From: Chromera velia
Lineage: Eukaryota
Reading direction: 5' to 3'
DNA: 64,000 bases
Assembly (NCBI GenBank): GCA_018398765.1
Contig: JAHBMJ010000310.1
Span: 62,001 to 126,000 of the forward strand
Shown here: positions 47,479-61,800 of the stretch, one piece after another
How the letters are laid out: every line of letters begins with the position of its first letter
Numbering within the stretch: the first letter of the stretch is position 1
Translations under genes and position numbers: made by a program
The notes under the pieces: model-generated
Database searches by the model: none
What the model was told of the DNA's origin: nothing
Seen by the model: the letters and a program-made list of their open reading frames with translations, nothing else

Positions 47479-48221
47479 CTCGGGGTGGGCACAAAAGTTT
47501 TTTTTATAATATAGTTTGCCTGTAAAACTTTAAACTTTAAGTTTAAAACTTTAAAAGTAAACATGCAACCAGACATGCAAAAGTTGATCCTAGAGTTGAT
47601 CTAAAAGACGTTGCTAGAGAAGTTGATTTCATTTATATCGTTATATACACGGCAAGCAAAGTTGCTGCTTTATATACTAGTAGATATACTAATTATGTAA
47701 AAGTTCCACAACTCTGAAAACGGTGTATATAATTAATGCATTACTATATTAATTACAATTCTCACAAAAATTGTTAATTCACATAATTCTCATAAATCTA
47801 AACTTAAATAGACTGAGCTTCTGCTACTTTCTATCTAGGCTAGTTAATTAGTTTAGTTATGACTGACTTAATTAACAACCTTTTTTCGTTTTTAAATGGG
47901 AACTAGAATGGGAAAACGTTCATGATCACGAAAAGGATGAAAGAGGACAAAAGCATATCGAAGCAGGTCGGGGAATGAGCGGGGTTAGGGACGGCACATA
48001 AGCACCCCTTGCATGCCTATCAATCAATCGGTTCGCACCGAGACTCAATATCCAGTCAGACCTGCGAACACACCACGGAGATCGATTGATGTCCTGAAGC
48101 ATGCTTAAAGTACAAGACCTATTCAAAAACTAATTGAAAAATATTTTTTTTAAATAAAGTCTCGAGGGCAAAAAAAAAACTTTAACAAAAAAAACTTTAA
48201 AACTTTAGTGTCCACTCCTAG
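47479..48221. mobile_element. 743-bp non-autonomous hAT-like element
   Basis: Perfect TSD AAGTAGTC (47471-47478 and 48222-48229). TIRs CTCGGGGTGGGCACAAAAG vs reverse complement CTAGGAGTGGACACTAAAG. Subterminal AAAACTTTAAA repeats. Confidence 0.85.
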
Positions 48222-49038
48222 AAGTAGTCCAACGATCATTATAATGATTATATAAGAATGTCATATTATATAAGAATGTCATTGCAGTCAGGTTCTGTCT
48301 GATCGAGCTATAGGCACTTAAGAGCCAGCCCGGAGTCAGGGAATCTGCTAGCTTTACGCGGGGGCTCGGGGATGCAAGGCAGTCCGATCCATTTTCTAGT
48401 CTATTTTGCTTTCTGCGCTGCTAATTTTCGTTTTTGCAGGAAATGTCACTTCACTCCGTTTTTTACTCCACTTCTGTATAAGTTCACACCTAAATTTCAT
48501 TCTTAACATGGTGCTGTTACACAAAGAAAATGCTTGCACGGAAGACAAAGGAGATCAAGGGCTTTTTGTACATGCACTGCATTTTGATTCATTGACCGCT
48601 TGGAGGAGATCTCATCTTTCTCATGCATCCTCTTTGGGGGGTCAAACTTCAAACTCACGGGTCCAAGCTTTACTGAAAACTTTGGCGTGGAGAAGCGACG
48701 ATTTTTTTGTGCTCCCAACGTCTTGCCGCCATGATGTGCATCCCCAACTTTCTTGGGCTCTTCTCTCCTTTAACTGAAACCTGTCTATCTTCGTTTTTTG
48801 TCAGTTCGTCTTCTCCTCCATCAACAATTTCCTTGTACCCGCAAGAACGTCAAAAGAAGTGCAATTTCGAAAAATACAAACGCTTGTGTCATACAAGTCA
48901 CGCCAGGCTTTTTCAAAAAGTACCTCTAAGCTCAAAAGAAGGAGCAACTGACTCTTCCGAGAAAGAAGCCCTGCTCGTGTTCTCTGAAAAAGGAAGAGAG
49001 AGACGACTGCGATGGCAGGGCATTTACGCGCACGCACG

Positions 49039-49079
<41 letters not shown>

Positions 49080-49083
49080 ACAC

Positions 49084-49114
<31 letters not shown>

Positions 49115-49722
49115 TAGAGAGAGATCCCCGTCGACGCTCCTCCGAGCGAACTACAACGTTCAGTACAGAGCAGCAACAGTAAAAAAAAAAGGTAGTCAGG
49201 CCCGAACCTCTACTTTCACTGCTGCCCAGGAGGAGCGACTGATGTGTGGAAGGCACGTCTCCTGAAAGCAATATGAGTGAACAAGCAAATAGACGAACAA
49301 AAGAACGAAAGCATGCCCTCATTCAGCTACAGAGAGAGAGGCACAGGAAGACCGAAAAGAAAGAAAGGCGTGCAGGAGGGCATGAGGGACAATCAAAACC
49401 ACCCACCCATCCATCCATCCATTAATCCACCCATTCAATGCACTGGAACGAGGGAAGCGAGGAGTTCCAAAAGGAAGGAAGAAATATCCACCCATGCTCT
49501 TTCCCCCCTCTGGTCCCTTTTTTCCGGTCTTCTCTCTTCTCTGCCCTTCCCTCCTCTCTCCTCTCTCTTCCTGACTCCCTTTCTCACAATTCTTTCTCTC
49601 CCTCCCGCCGTCTACTCGTTGTCCTTCTTCAATCACGTCAATCGGTCTCTCTCTCGCTCCCTTTCTCTCTCTCTCTCTCCCTCTGTCTGTGCGTGTGTAT
49701 GTGTGTAAGCACGGTCGTTCAT

Positions 49723-52234
49723 TTACTCCGTTGCTGCGGTTTTAGATGCTTTCGTCTTCGCCGCTTTCCTCTCTTTCTGCTTCTCGTTTGCCTGGGACTT
49801 GTCTTTCGTCTCCTTTCGGACCTTCGTCGCGTCCTTCGCCTTCCCTCTCGCAGGGTGCTGCTCTGGCTTCTTCTTCCCTTTTTTTTTTTCTGGTGCCGGT
49901 GAGTCTTCAACGAGAATCACTTCCCGTGTTGTGTCTGTCGTCTCTTTCTCTTCTACAGCTGCGGTTTTCTTCTTCCCCCTCTTGCCGTTTCCCGCAGGTG
50001 AGGTGGGCGGATTCTTTCTTCTTTTCTTCCCCCCTGGCGAACTCTGAGCGTCTCCTTCGTCATCAGCCTTAGTCTCTTCTTCTCCCGCCTCCGGAACGGC
50101 CGCCTTTCTTCCCCGCTTCTTCCTTCCACCTCCACTTGCCCCATTAGCATCCTGACTCAACCCGTCTGCCTCTCCCTCCTCCTCCGGTCGCTTTCTCTTC
50201 CGACCGCCCGCTTTTTCCTTCTGAGGCCCTTGAGGGGCCTCTTCTCCCTCTGTCTCCACTCCATCTTCTTTCGCCTCGTTCCCGTCCTCAGTGTCGGGCT
50301 TTTTCGATTTGCCCTTTCCTTTCCCTTTTCCCTTTTGCTCCTTCTTTTCCTTCTCTCCCACCCGCGGGCTCCCCTGGACAGAGGGAACTACTGCAGACGT
50401 GCGGGTAGCCACTGTGAGGAAGGTGATCGTCCGACCGAAGAAGTCCTTCGGAGCCCCCCCCTTCGAGGATCCCTTCTCCCAACGGAAGTGAAACAGCCAA
50501 CTCTCTGGGAACTGCAGAGCAGGCAGGAATGGATGCAGGCAGGCAGGGGAATGTATCGAAGGAGGGGAAGTCACTAGCTCACAATTGCATGAGAAGGCAG
50601 AGAGAAGAGAGGGGAAGTAAAGAAATTCCCAGGGTCCAAAGGGTTGCACCGCTCTTTGCGCACGGAAAGAAAGTGCGATCACTCATCAAATACGCATTCT
50701 TTCAAGATCCCGTCATGCAACTCACAACGCAACCACACCTGCCACGCAGACACCCAAACAGGTACCTTTGCACTGTCTGCGTTCGTGGCGCATGCGACCT
50801 GAATCACCTCCTCCAGCTTCCCGTGCACCGCCGCCACCTCATCGTCCGTCAGGGCGCCCACGCGAGTCGCAGGGTGCACCGCCGCCTGGTAGAGGACCTC
50901 GTCGGCTATCCAGTTACCTGCAGGTGGGGAGGGAATGGGGGTTCCTCATCACGAACTAGGCTCTGCCATACTCAAGAAAGGGGGGGCTTCAGTCAAAATT
51001 TGGAGGACCGGATTTCCAAAAAAGCGAGGACCAGAGCGAGTGACAGTAAACACAGAGAAAGAAGGAAGGAAGGAAGAAAGAAAGGAAGAAAGAAAGAAAG
51101 AAAGAAAGGAAGGAAGGAAGGAAGAAAGGAAGGAAGGAAGAAAGGAAGGAAGGAAAGGAAAGGAAGGGAAGGAAGGAAGGAAGGAAGGGAGGAAGGAAGG
51201 AAGGAAGGAAGGAAGGAAGGAAGGAAGGAAGGAAGGAAGGAAGGAAGGAAGGAAGGAAGGAGAGAAGCACGGACCGATGCCTGCAGCGAATGCCTGGTCG
51301 AGAAGGACACCCTTCACGGTCCCACTCCTCCCCCTCAACCGCACTCCGAACTCATCCAAAGAAAGCATTTCCAGGAGGGGATCGAAGCCCAGCAAGGAGA
51401 TCGGGGGAAGGTTTTCGGGGTCTGGGAGGAGGCGAATGCGTCCGAATCTCCTCGTGTCCGTGAAAGCGAACTCTGTGCCGTCGTCCATCTTCACCAACAG
51501 CTTGCACCAGCGGGGGGGCCAGTCATCGTCCGTTCGCTTTTGGGTCTTGTAGTGAGCCGTCGGGCCCCCTGCACACGCAACCATTCATCATTCAAGACTC
51601 CCATTCATTGATGTAAATCATTTAGTCTTTGCCCCTCGCGTCCTCCCTTTTTCTTCTTCTCTACTCAGTGCCACTTTCGGAAAAGAAAGACCAAAAGGCA
51701 CTCAACAAAACTTTCTTCGGTCAATCGGCCAGTGAGGCACTCAGGAATTCTGCAGCGAACGCGTGTGAAAAGGATTGTGCGGGTGGATTGTAAGAAGATG
51801 CACTCACGAATGAATGCATATGTATTGCCTGGAAGGATGCTAAGGGCGATGACACAGACTGAGCTTCTGGGTAGAATGCGGGGGCAGAGGGAGAGCGGGC
51901 AGGCAGTGGGTCAGAAAAAGAAAGCGGCTGTATCAACCTTCCCTTTCCTTCAAACATCCGTCATAAAGGCAGAAAGACCTTTTATTCGGAAGCTCCCTGC
52001 CATGCCTAGGTGGAAGGTGGGGTGAGGGGGGCTGTCGAGGATCCACCAGGCGTTCTTCCCCTTTCGCTTGGATGCGACGACTGTCTTGTTCAAGAGGGCT
52101 TTCTCCAGGGTGGGGGGGGGTACATTCTCAATGACAATGGTGTCGTCCGCAGCAGTGCACTCCACAATTTTCTTTCCCACCACAAATTCCTCAGCCAGCC
52201 TCCTGGCTCTCTCAACTTCGGGTAGCTCGGGCAT
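49723..52234 (-). CDS. FPG: Formamidopyrimidine-DNA glycosylase (Fpg/MutM), plant/fungal zincless-finger type, with a Lys/Glu-rich tail
   Basis: Exons 52234-51979, 51568-51275, 50917-50766 and 50511-49723. Motifs MPELPEVE, RKGK, HLGMAG, FTDTRRFGRI, KGVLLDQAFAAGIGNWIADEVLY (H2TH) and WLFHFRW...TVATRTSAVVP. Confidence 0.95.
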
Positions 52235-53242
52235 GAGTTTGGTCTTCTGCTTGTGCGTTTTTGTCCTTTTTGCGTGGTGAAGGGGAAGGAAAGAGGAGAG
52301 GGGAGATCTCCACACAAGAGGCAGGGCCGCAGTGGGAGACAAGAGAGAGCAAAGCGGGAGCAAGAGGAGAGAGAAAAATTGGGTTATGAGACGGATCGAA
52401 CGAAATCTTTTTGCCGTCTCGGAACGTCTCGGACAAAAATCGGATCCTTGGCACACGGTGAGAGCGAAGAGAGTCCAAAACGCTGCCAGAAAAAGCTGCT
52501 GTTCACTCTCTATCAAACATCGTATAATCAGGGTGGACATCGACAATATGACAAGACTTGACAGAACGGTGAAGACAGCTTGTATAGATCTGTATTCTCT
52601 ACGACCAAGTCGCCTTCGCGCTTCTCATGCACTTTTTCACGCAAAGACGTTCTGAAAATTGCTGAAACGCGAGTTTTTTCACGTATTTTGTGAGTTTTTT
52701 CTGCGAAATTCAAAAATTCTGCATGGAAAGTCATGAATTCGTAGTCCGTCGGACGAACTTAGAAGGGCTCAGATGCCGTCTCCCTCATGCACTCATCCCT
52801 CACTCAATGCCCTGCGAGTGAGTGGACGGATATTACCGTCACGTTTCCTCTCAATGAGTCGTCATTTGTTGCTGTGAAAGCGAAATGGGCAAGCTAGATA
52901 GTGAATATATACACGAATTGGGCTGGCGGACTTTTGATGGCACTTCAAGTTGCTTGGCGACTGCATCAGTCGGGCTGTGGACACACCGTCGCTAGATCTT
53001 TGCCGATCGCCTGGTCTTGCTTGGCCTGCGTCAAGACATGATGCGGCTTCTGTTTGACTGGTTGTTTTCTGTTGACTTTTGGTGACCAGTGCTGCGGGCC
53101 CATCATTTGTTTGAGTGAAATCGGTTCGTCTTCTTGTGGTCGGTATCCCGAGCAAAGTAACGCTCACGGGAAGATACCCGTCTCTGAGACAGACGAAGAG
53201 CCCATACGCCTCTCCGGAAACAAAGAAGCGAAGGCCAAGCAA

Positions 53243-55669
53243 ATGCCGCCAAAGTCTCCAGAGATGGCCCCACAGGTGACAGGAGGAGACGGCGTCAATT
53301 CCGGCAGCAGGCTTTCCTTCAGAGCGTTCGTTTGCGATGCCGTGTGTGCCGATGAGCCTTTCGAGGTCGCTACAGAGAACTGGGAGAAGCACACGCCCTC
53401 TGCAGTCATGACCGCCAGTGTGATGAGCAAAGGATCGTCTTGTCTTGGGGTGAGTGCCTTGATTCTTTTCTCCCTCGTGCTCATGTATCTGGCGGTGGGG
53501 TGGGGTCATGTGGGTTGGATGAGTACATCTCCTCGTGTTCGTCTCTGTTCGGCCATCGTGCTTTCGGTGTGTCCTTTTTGTCCCGCTTTTGTGTACCCTG
53601 ATCTGGCTTCTGTGTGCAGGGCGGGCGCAGAGGATTTGGAGAGCCCGGCAGTGCAGTGTGGGGAGCAGGCGCTGTGTGCAGGGACCTGATCTTCTCTGTG
53701 AAAACCGAGAGGTCCTCTGTAGTCCTGCAGCCTCCCCCTTCAGCCCCCCTGTTTGCTCTCGTCTCTCGTCTCCAAACTCCCCTCGTGGACTCTTCAGAGA
53801 GAGAAAGGGCCAGGGGACTGCTGACCGTCCGGGCCGACGGGTTGCAAATCGAGGGCAAGACCGATGCTTTGGAGTTGAACGTCAGTCGATTTGTCGGCCT
53901 GTTTTGTTCCCTTGCTGGCTGTTTGTCTGTCTTCTTTTTCATTCCGTTCTAATCTGTCCTGTCCTGTCCGCCTGTGAGTCTCTCTGTCCGTCCACACATG
54001 AAGAAAAGGAGGGAAAAGAAAGAAACAGATTGTCTGTCAGTCTGTCTGTCTGGTGCTTGTCTCGACCTTCGTGTCTCCTTTTTCCTTCGGTTGACTCTGT
54101 GTGCAGGATGCGCTGATTTTTGCGTTCCCTCGGCAGAAGGTTCCTTCAGGAGACTCCTCGCAGCTCGACAGAGACAGAGAGAAGGGAGATGGAGGGGCCG
54201 GTGAAACAGCGTCAGACAGCCGCTCATTCGGCTCCGCACTATCGCCTTCAGAATTCACCGACCAGCAGCAGGACAGGGACAGAGAGAGAGACAGGGAAAG
54301 AGAGAGAGATCTGCTTACTGGGTCCGGAAGGACAGAGGGGGGAAGTAGGGGGAGCCGCGCGGGGCAGACGCAGACGCAGGCAGAGGGGGGGGCAAGGGAG
54401 AGAGAGGGGCTCCTTGCTGCTGTAGTGAAAGCAGGAGCTGCGGCCTCTCGTGAGGCTCCTGGGCTTCACCGTTTTCTTTTGGAGAAACATTTTGGCGGTG
54501 AAGCCGCGGCTGTGGGGAGGGGAGGAGGGGAAAGAGGTAAGTACAGACATCGGAGCACGTGCAGAGCAACAGGCGGATAGAAGGAGACGTCGTTGTTTTG
54601 GAAAGCGGCGATGCGATTTGCTCGACAGTTCTTTTCTCTCAACAAGAAGACTGTTAGTCGGATCGAGTGGAGAAAGGGAGCAGCCCAGACAAACAGAAAC
54701 AGGCAGACACACCGACAAAATCAACGAGTTTGTGCGTCGAAAAGTAGAGCTGTCCTTTTTGTCGACGCTGCGAAATACATCCAAGAAACCTCGCTTCCTT
54801 TTCAAAAAAAAAAAAAAGAATTGAATTTCCAATCTGCAGATTCATCGAAACGGGGGCTTCTGAAAGCACTTGGGGAACTACTTGAACGTCAGTCAGTCAG
54901 TCAGTGAGTCAGTTGGGATTTGTGGACAGGAAAGGGGGATGGGGGCAGGAGGATGGGGAAGGGTTGAGTGAATCTTTCCGTCTCGCTGTCTGTTTGGCTT
55001 GCCCTGTCTGGCTGTGTTTCGTCGATGCACATTCAATTTACTTTCACATTGGTATCAATCTGTGCGGCTCTGTATTTTCTGTGCTTTCCCGTCTCTTCTT
55101 TTCTCTTCTGTCTGAGCAGTGGAGGGAGACGATGGTTTGGCTCTCAGGGATGCCGCAGAGAGGGAAAGAATGAGAAGTGAAGGGACAACGAAAGGTCCGT
55201 CCGTTTGTTGGTTACTCACTCACTAGAGATGGGTTTGTGTTTTTCACTCCATGTCATCCTCTCTGTTCTTTGTGGGTGACCAAACCTTCTGTCTTCTTTC
55301 TTTCCCCCATCCCCCCTCTCTCTACAGCGTCACCTTTTCTCTTTCTCTCTCTCTTTTTTGCCCCCCCTCCTTGCCTCTGCACGGGCGGTCTCCCTTCTCA
55401 CTGCGCCTCTTCTTTCCTTCTTCGTGCCCGACTTTGTGAAAGCAGACGAAGAAGGCGACAGCACAAAACCAAAGGGATCCGAAGCGTTCCCCCCCCTCCA
55501 ATTGGATCAGATGAGGGATGAAAACGATCGCAATCTGGTCAGCCACTTGAGCCAAAGACATGCGTAAACTGCCACACACAGCCAGACGAACAGAGAGACT
55601 GAAAGAACGGAAGGAAGGAACGAAGGGAGGGAGCGTACATTCTCACATTCACACATACACATACACACA

Positions 55670-55749
<80 letters not shown>

Positions 55750-58050
55750 CGTGGGGATACTTGTGCACGCACACCTTCTCTTATTTGTTTCTTTGTTTCT
55801 TTTCCCCTTCTTTTCAACTGTCTCCCTTCCTTTCCCTCTCTTCAGGGGCTACTTTTGGAATGCAGACAAATCGGTTCGGCCACTCAACAGATGAAACAAC
55901 GGTCAGCTTTCTTTGTGAATACAGTGAAATGTCGTTCACCTCCTTCACTTCTTTTCTTGTGAGCGTTTTTTCTCTCTACCTTCCTTCCTTTCTTCCTTCC
56001 TTCCTTCCTTCCTTTCTTTTTCCCTTCTCCCTCGCGTTCCATTATTTTTCAGAGAAGAGCCCACGTCGCCGGTCTCTGAGAAAACAAGATACAGGAGAGT
56101 ACTCGAGAAGGAAGGCAAAGAGAGGGAAAAAAGTGAGAGGCAAGACGGAACAAGTGTTCTGCGTGCGTGTGTCATGCGTTTGTTGTATTGTTGTGACCGT
56201 TCTTGCTTTTGTGATCGCTCGTGTGATACGACCAGCCAGACCTCCACATTGGTCATCCGACAGGGGTGCTAGCCAGAACACACAGGGGGGAGGGGAGAGG
56301 TTGAGCTGTTCATATTGCAGTGTGTATCTGTGTGCATACATGAGTTTATCAATTTGTCGAGACGCGTCGAATTGATGTGTGAGGGCATGCAGAGGGCAGC
56401 GCAGAGCAGAAGCCGCGAGGGCCCTGGAGATCAACCTGAAGTCTCGGTGGAGGTGGGTGTGCATGTTTGCGAGTTGAGTACATTGATGCAGGGATGGGAC
56501 AGGGGTGGGGCGTGTGAGCGCTGCATGTACGTCCTGCTGCCGGATTCCTCTCAGAGAGTCCAAGTTTTGTATGAAGGCATAAAGAGACATGGAGGCGACA
56601 TTCATGGTCTTACCAGGGGTCAATCCATATTCTCTCTCTTCTTCTTCGCTCTGTCTCTCTCTCTCCCTGCACAGATCTTCTGCGCTTTTTTCCTTCAACT
56701 TAGTGAGCGCTTTTAGCCTTCAAAAGTCTAACGCTCGAGTTTCTCCTAGGGAGTCAGGTGACAGCGACCATGGTGTTGTTGCACACATGATCATATGGTG
56801 TGTTTCCTTTGGCGGGGTTTTATCCCCATCAGCAAGTTTCTTCTGTCGTCTGATGTCTTGTTCTAGTTTGCTTCTTCCTGTCTCTCTGCATACCTGTGTG
56901 AGTGCTGCCTGCAGACGTCTTGGAAGCAGTCGTGACTCCGTTTTTGGTCTCTTGGAAGAGGCTTCACGGAGGTCGGCCGTTCACGGAGTGAGGAAGCAAT
57001 GCTGCGACGGTGAATTGGTCCAGCGGTGGCGGTGGATGGATGGAGGCGAGGGGCAGTATCAACGACAGGGTTCAATCCATACAGCCAGTCCTTTGGAAAG
57101 AGAGTGAGAGAGTGCATCGGTTTCTTAATCTAGTCGCAGTTGCTCTTCTCCACATGTTTTTTAGCTCTCTCTCCCTCTCCCTTTCAAACTCTCCCTCTCT
57201 ATCCCTCTGCCTGTCTGCTGTTTCTGTTGCAGGCATACCGAGCTTTCTGCACAGTTTCCTCAATTGGCCACAGAGCTAGAGGTGTTTCGGCTTCCGCCGG
57301 TGGCAAAGGAGATTTTGAGGAGGCGAGGGAGGGATGCAGGAGCTAGTGCGGACACCCTTGCAGTGAGTCGGTGTGACGGAGACCTCCAAGTGAAGGGAGG
57401 AATTAATTTCTTATTTGATTGAAGTATGGCGCGTTGAGAAGGATGCAATGAAATTCTCAAAGGAAGGAAAAGACCTCTCTTGCTTTCCTTCGAGACGATT
57501 GGCTTCTTTCTTTTTTTGTTCTCCTACCTGTTTTCTGTCTGCCCTTTCTTCTTGGGGGGCGGTGTGAGCGAAAAGCTTTTCAGGCTAGGTGAGACCTCTG
57601 GTAGATCTGAGACAAAGAAAAGAAGAAAGAAAGAAAGAAAAAAAGGGAATGCATGGCAGCTTCCGCAGGCGGCCGTTGGGATTCGATTCAATGGGGTTCT
57701 CTTTACCCTTTTTTCTGAACTTCGTGACTCAGGAGGCTTCCCCTTGATCATTCAGGCTTCTTGCGATGTATTAATATATTCTTTTGCCTTCCTGCTTTCT
57801 TTTCTGACCGAGCCTTCAGGACTTTGTCCCGTTATATCGGATTTCTGGTTTTTCGGCTTCTGTCGGGGATGACATCAGTTAGTCAGTCAGTCAGTCACTC
57901 GTCCTTTGCACGCATGCCAACGGATTTTTTTGTTTGTGCGGGTTCAAAAGAAGTCAGCCTGCTGAGCGTTTCTGTCTCTCTCTTTCTCTTTGCGGGTTGG
58001 TCTTTGCGGATCAGCGTTTTTATTCTTGCCGACCCAAAGAGGCGGGCGCG

Positions 58051-58096
<46 letters not shown>

Positions 58097-58237
58097 CCGG
58101 CGTTTGACTGAGCGCAGTCCCACATCCACGCAGGTGTAAACACTATCTCAACTGTTGCTGTCTGCTGTCTCTTCCCCTTTAGCATGCAGGTCTGCCGACC
58201 TCTCCTCTTCCTCTTTTGCTCCCTGGGATGTACACCT

Positions 58238-58278
<41 letters not shown>

Positions 58279-58851
58279 CTCTGGTCCTCTTCAGAGTCCC
58301 CTTCTTGTCCCATGCTGCGACCGTGCTGCCATTCATTTCCTCATGCGTGTGCATGTGCGTGAGAGTACTCGTGCAGAGCGTCTTTCCACGGCCCTCCAGG
58401 GGTGGAATAGTGGTCTGGTTCCCCTGGGTGAGTTGGTTGGTGCATGGGTGGGTTGATTGAGTGATTCTCCGATGAGCCGATGGTTTGAGCATGCAGAGAG
58501 GAAAAAGAGAGACAAGCTCAGCCAGCATTCCTCTAATGATCCGTTTTTCTCATCCAAATCTCTATCGATAAGTGAGTGATGCATGGGGTGGAATAACAGA
58601 AGATTCATTCTCTGTCGAGTTCAATTAAGTCAGCTGTACTCGATTCAATCTGCCCTAATTTCCCTCTGTTGTCGACATTCTCTTCCTCGGACTCGGAGGC
58701 GCGTCTTTCTCTTCTCTTCTGCTGGCTTCTTGCAAGTCCTCTATCTGGTCTTCCTCCTTGTTCAGTCAAGTCACATTCTTGTATAAAGCCGTTCTCTCAA
58801 TCTCTCTCTCTCTTCTCTGCCCTCTCTCTCTTTTAGTGAATTTGTGTGTGT

Positions 58852-58884
<33 letters not shown>

Positions 58885-61800
58885 GATTCACCTGATGGAT
58901 TGAGGACTGCTGCTGCAGAGAGCCGTCTTGAAGCTGTCCTTGGGGAGCTCTCGCAGTGGGGCAGGTCGGCAAATTGCCTCTCTGCATGTGCTGTTTTTCT
59001 TTGCGCGTCTGTACGTGGGCTTGCACTGTCCTCGAACTCCTTTTTCCCCCATCCTCCCTGCTCGTGTGGAAAGTCGAGAGAGACTGCTGGTCCCCTCTAT
59101 CCCCTTTTTCTTTCTCTGCAGGGAGGAACCTTAATGATTTTTTGTATTTTTCTCGTCAGTCTGCCTGTTTGCGTGTCTGAGTTCGGCGTCTTTGTGTCCG
59201 AGCACGAACATGAAATCGCGGTGCCTGTGCAGCCAGTCAGAAGGAAGAGAGTCTTCCCCTCAACAGCCCAAGTGCGTTCTGATTTTTTTTTGCTTCTCCC
59301 TTCTTGCTGTTACCCGTCTTGCTGCAGGGGGTTTGAAGGTTTTGGCATTTCTGAAGTTGCAGGGTCCGAGTCTGTTGATGTCGGTGGCGCGGCTGGCGGT
59401 CGTTCCTCCTTCATCGATTTGTTTGTGGGGGCGTTGCAAGGGGCACAAGAGAGCGCAGAGGAAGGGGCAGTGAGGGCCGCTTGGGCCCTGAAGGGGTATC
59501 TGGGGGCCTGTGGGGGAAGGGCTGAGGGGAAACGCCGTGGGGGGACTGGAGAAGAGGAACAGGTGTGCCGGGAGTGACGCACGCACAATTGATCGACCGT
59601 CTGCTGGCTCCGCTGCCGTTTTGTTTTCTCTGTATGGTTGCTTTCTTGTGTTTTCACTTCCGCATAGACGTTGAGAAAAGAGGAACAGCCAGAGGGGGGC
59701 AGCAGGATTTGTTGCAGAATTGAGGTGTCGGCAAAGGGGGGAGGAAGCCAATTTATGTATTTGTGCCATTCAGATCTTTGAAGCCTCTGTCTGTCTGTCT
59801 ATCTGTCTGTCTGCCTGCCTGCCTGTCTGTCCATGTGCACTGGCTGCAGTGTGAGCGGGACAAGAAAAATTTCGAAGCTTCTGATCAGAAAGAGGGCGTG
59901 GCTGCTTCACGGGGTAGTGGAACGGGGAGGAAGAAAGAAGTTGAAGAAGGCACACAGGTGGGGGAAGGGAAGGTGCTGAGTCCTGAGCGGAGAGAGGGGG
60001 GAATAGAGGGAGAGAGAGAAGCCGGGCATTCATCACCATCTTCAGAAAACGTGCATGGGTCAAATTCCTCGAGTGGAGGTGTGGCTGTTGGAGGACAGGA
60101 AGGAGAGGGGGGAGGTGCAACTGGAGCGGACGAAGAAACAAAAGTGGCAAAGCTTCGAGAGGGCTATGAATTCGCAAAGCGGGCAGCTGAACATTTTGTT
60201 GACGTGTTGCTTGAATGGGTCGGTGAAGTTTTGGTTGAAATTTTGAGAGAAAGGCCGGCAAAGGAAAGAGCTAACAGAGGCAGACCGAAGTATCTGACCG
60301 ATACGAAGAAGTAAGGCAGACGAAGAGTGGCAGGCAAACGGAGAGGAATGACACAGCCAAAGAGAAAGCAAAGAGGGCAGCAGACTTGAAGAGAAGAGAA
60401 AAAAGAATCAAGTGCATCGGCGACAAACCATGAAGACGTGGTGTGGATGGATTCATGACAGACAAACGGAGACGACCACTAACGCCACGGAGGGAGGGGA
60501 TGGGGGGGATGGCCCCACGCCTCCCGGGCATGTTTTTAGCCTTTTCTTCTCTTCTGGATTTTTTCTGAGTCACTTTTCATTCAATCTTCTCTTTGTGTCA
60601 CCAAGACAGACAGACCCCTGTCTGCGCCCATGTCGGCAGGAACCTGACTGATCTCTTTCTTCTCTGCGACGATGCAGGAAAAACTCCAGCAAGTCTTCCT
60701 CAAGCACCTCAAAGACGTGGCAAGCATTCAAGTCAGTTATGTTGTGGAGGAAGGAAAGCTCTTTACCGTGCCGTCTGCTTCACTTTGTGTGTCATCGTGT
60801 CGCTTGATTGCCCTTCTATTTCAGCCTCTGCTGTTTGTGGTCGAAAGCGCGTTGCTTGGTGTCATTTTCGTTTCGTGGGGGTCTCGCCGTTCCCTTCCAT
60901 GCAGTCGGCGCTTTGTCTGCCTGTTCTGTCTGTCAATTTCTTTTCCTCCTCCTCCTCCTCCTCCTTCTTCTTCTTCTTCTTCTTCTTCTTCTTCCTGCAT
61001 ATGCAGATGGACATCCGGAGAGTCTCTGAGAAGGGGCTCTTGCTGCAAGAATCCGTGCGGAAGGTCTCGGTAGGTCGGGGGGGGGGGGGGGGGATCGTTC
61101 CATTTTTCTTCTCTGTGGAATGTCTGTTCTCATCTCTTAATTTCACTCCGCGTGAGGTGGGGGAGGTTGAGGACCTTTTCACCCGGCATGCAGCCTGAGA
61201 GGTTTCCCATTTCCCCCAAAGCGAATATCAGTCTTTGCGTGCTGTTGACGCACTTAGACGATGAAACGAGTCTCCTTAGCTGCGTCTCGTTGACCCGCAA
61301 AGCTCCTGTCTCCTTTCTCTCTGTCTCTTTTTCCGCCTGCCTGTAAATATGTGTGTGATAATATCTGCGTCTGTTGGTCTGTCTGCGTGTGTGCGTCTGT
61401 GTGTCTGCCTGTATGTGCAGGAAGACATCGCCCACCTCGATCACGTTCCGAGAATACCTGCGGCCTTTGAGGTTCGTGTCTGCAGGCTTGTTTCCTTTTG
61501 TTCAGACTAAACCGTATTCAACTGACAGACTGGCAAGCAAAAAGAAAAGATGCAGTCATGAAACTGAAAAAGGACGAAGGAGAGTTGAAAGAGATGCAGC
61601 GGGGTCAAAGTGAAAAGGGTTGAGCGTAGGACTGCTTTTCCGCCCTGTTTTGCCTGCATGGCTTTGCTTCGATTGATCGACCCTCCACGCACTCCCTCCT
61701 CCTGCCGAGATAGAGAATCAAACATTGCACTGCGGCATTGCAAGGAAAGGCCTTGTATAAATATAAATGTAGTCAATGAAGATTCATGGTGATGGCTGGG

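Noticed and set aside
48406..48777. 123-aa ORF downstream of Fpg
   Set aside because: Non-ATG start, no motifs and no convincing splice partners.
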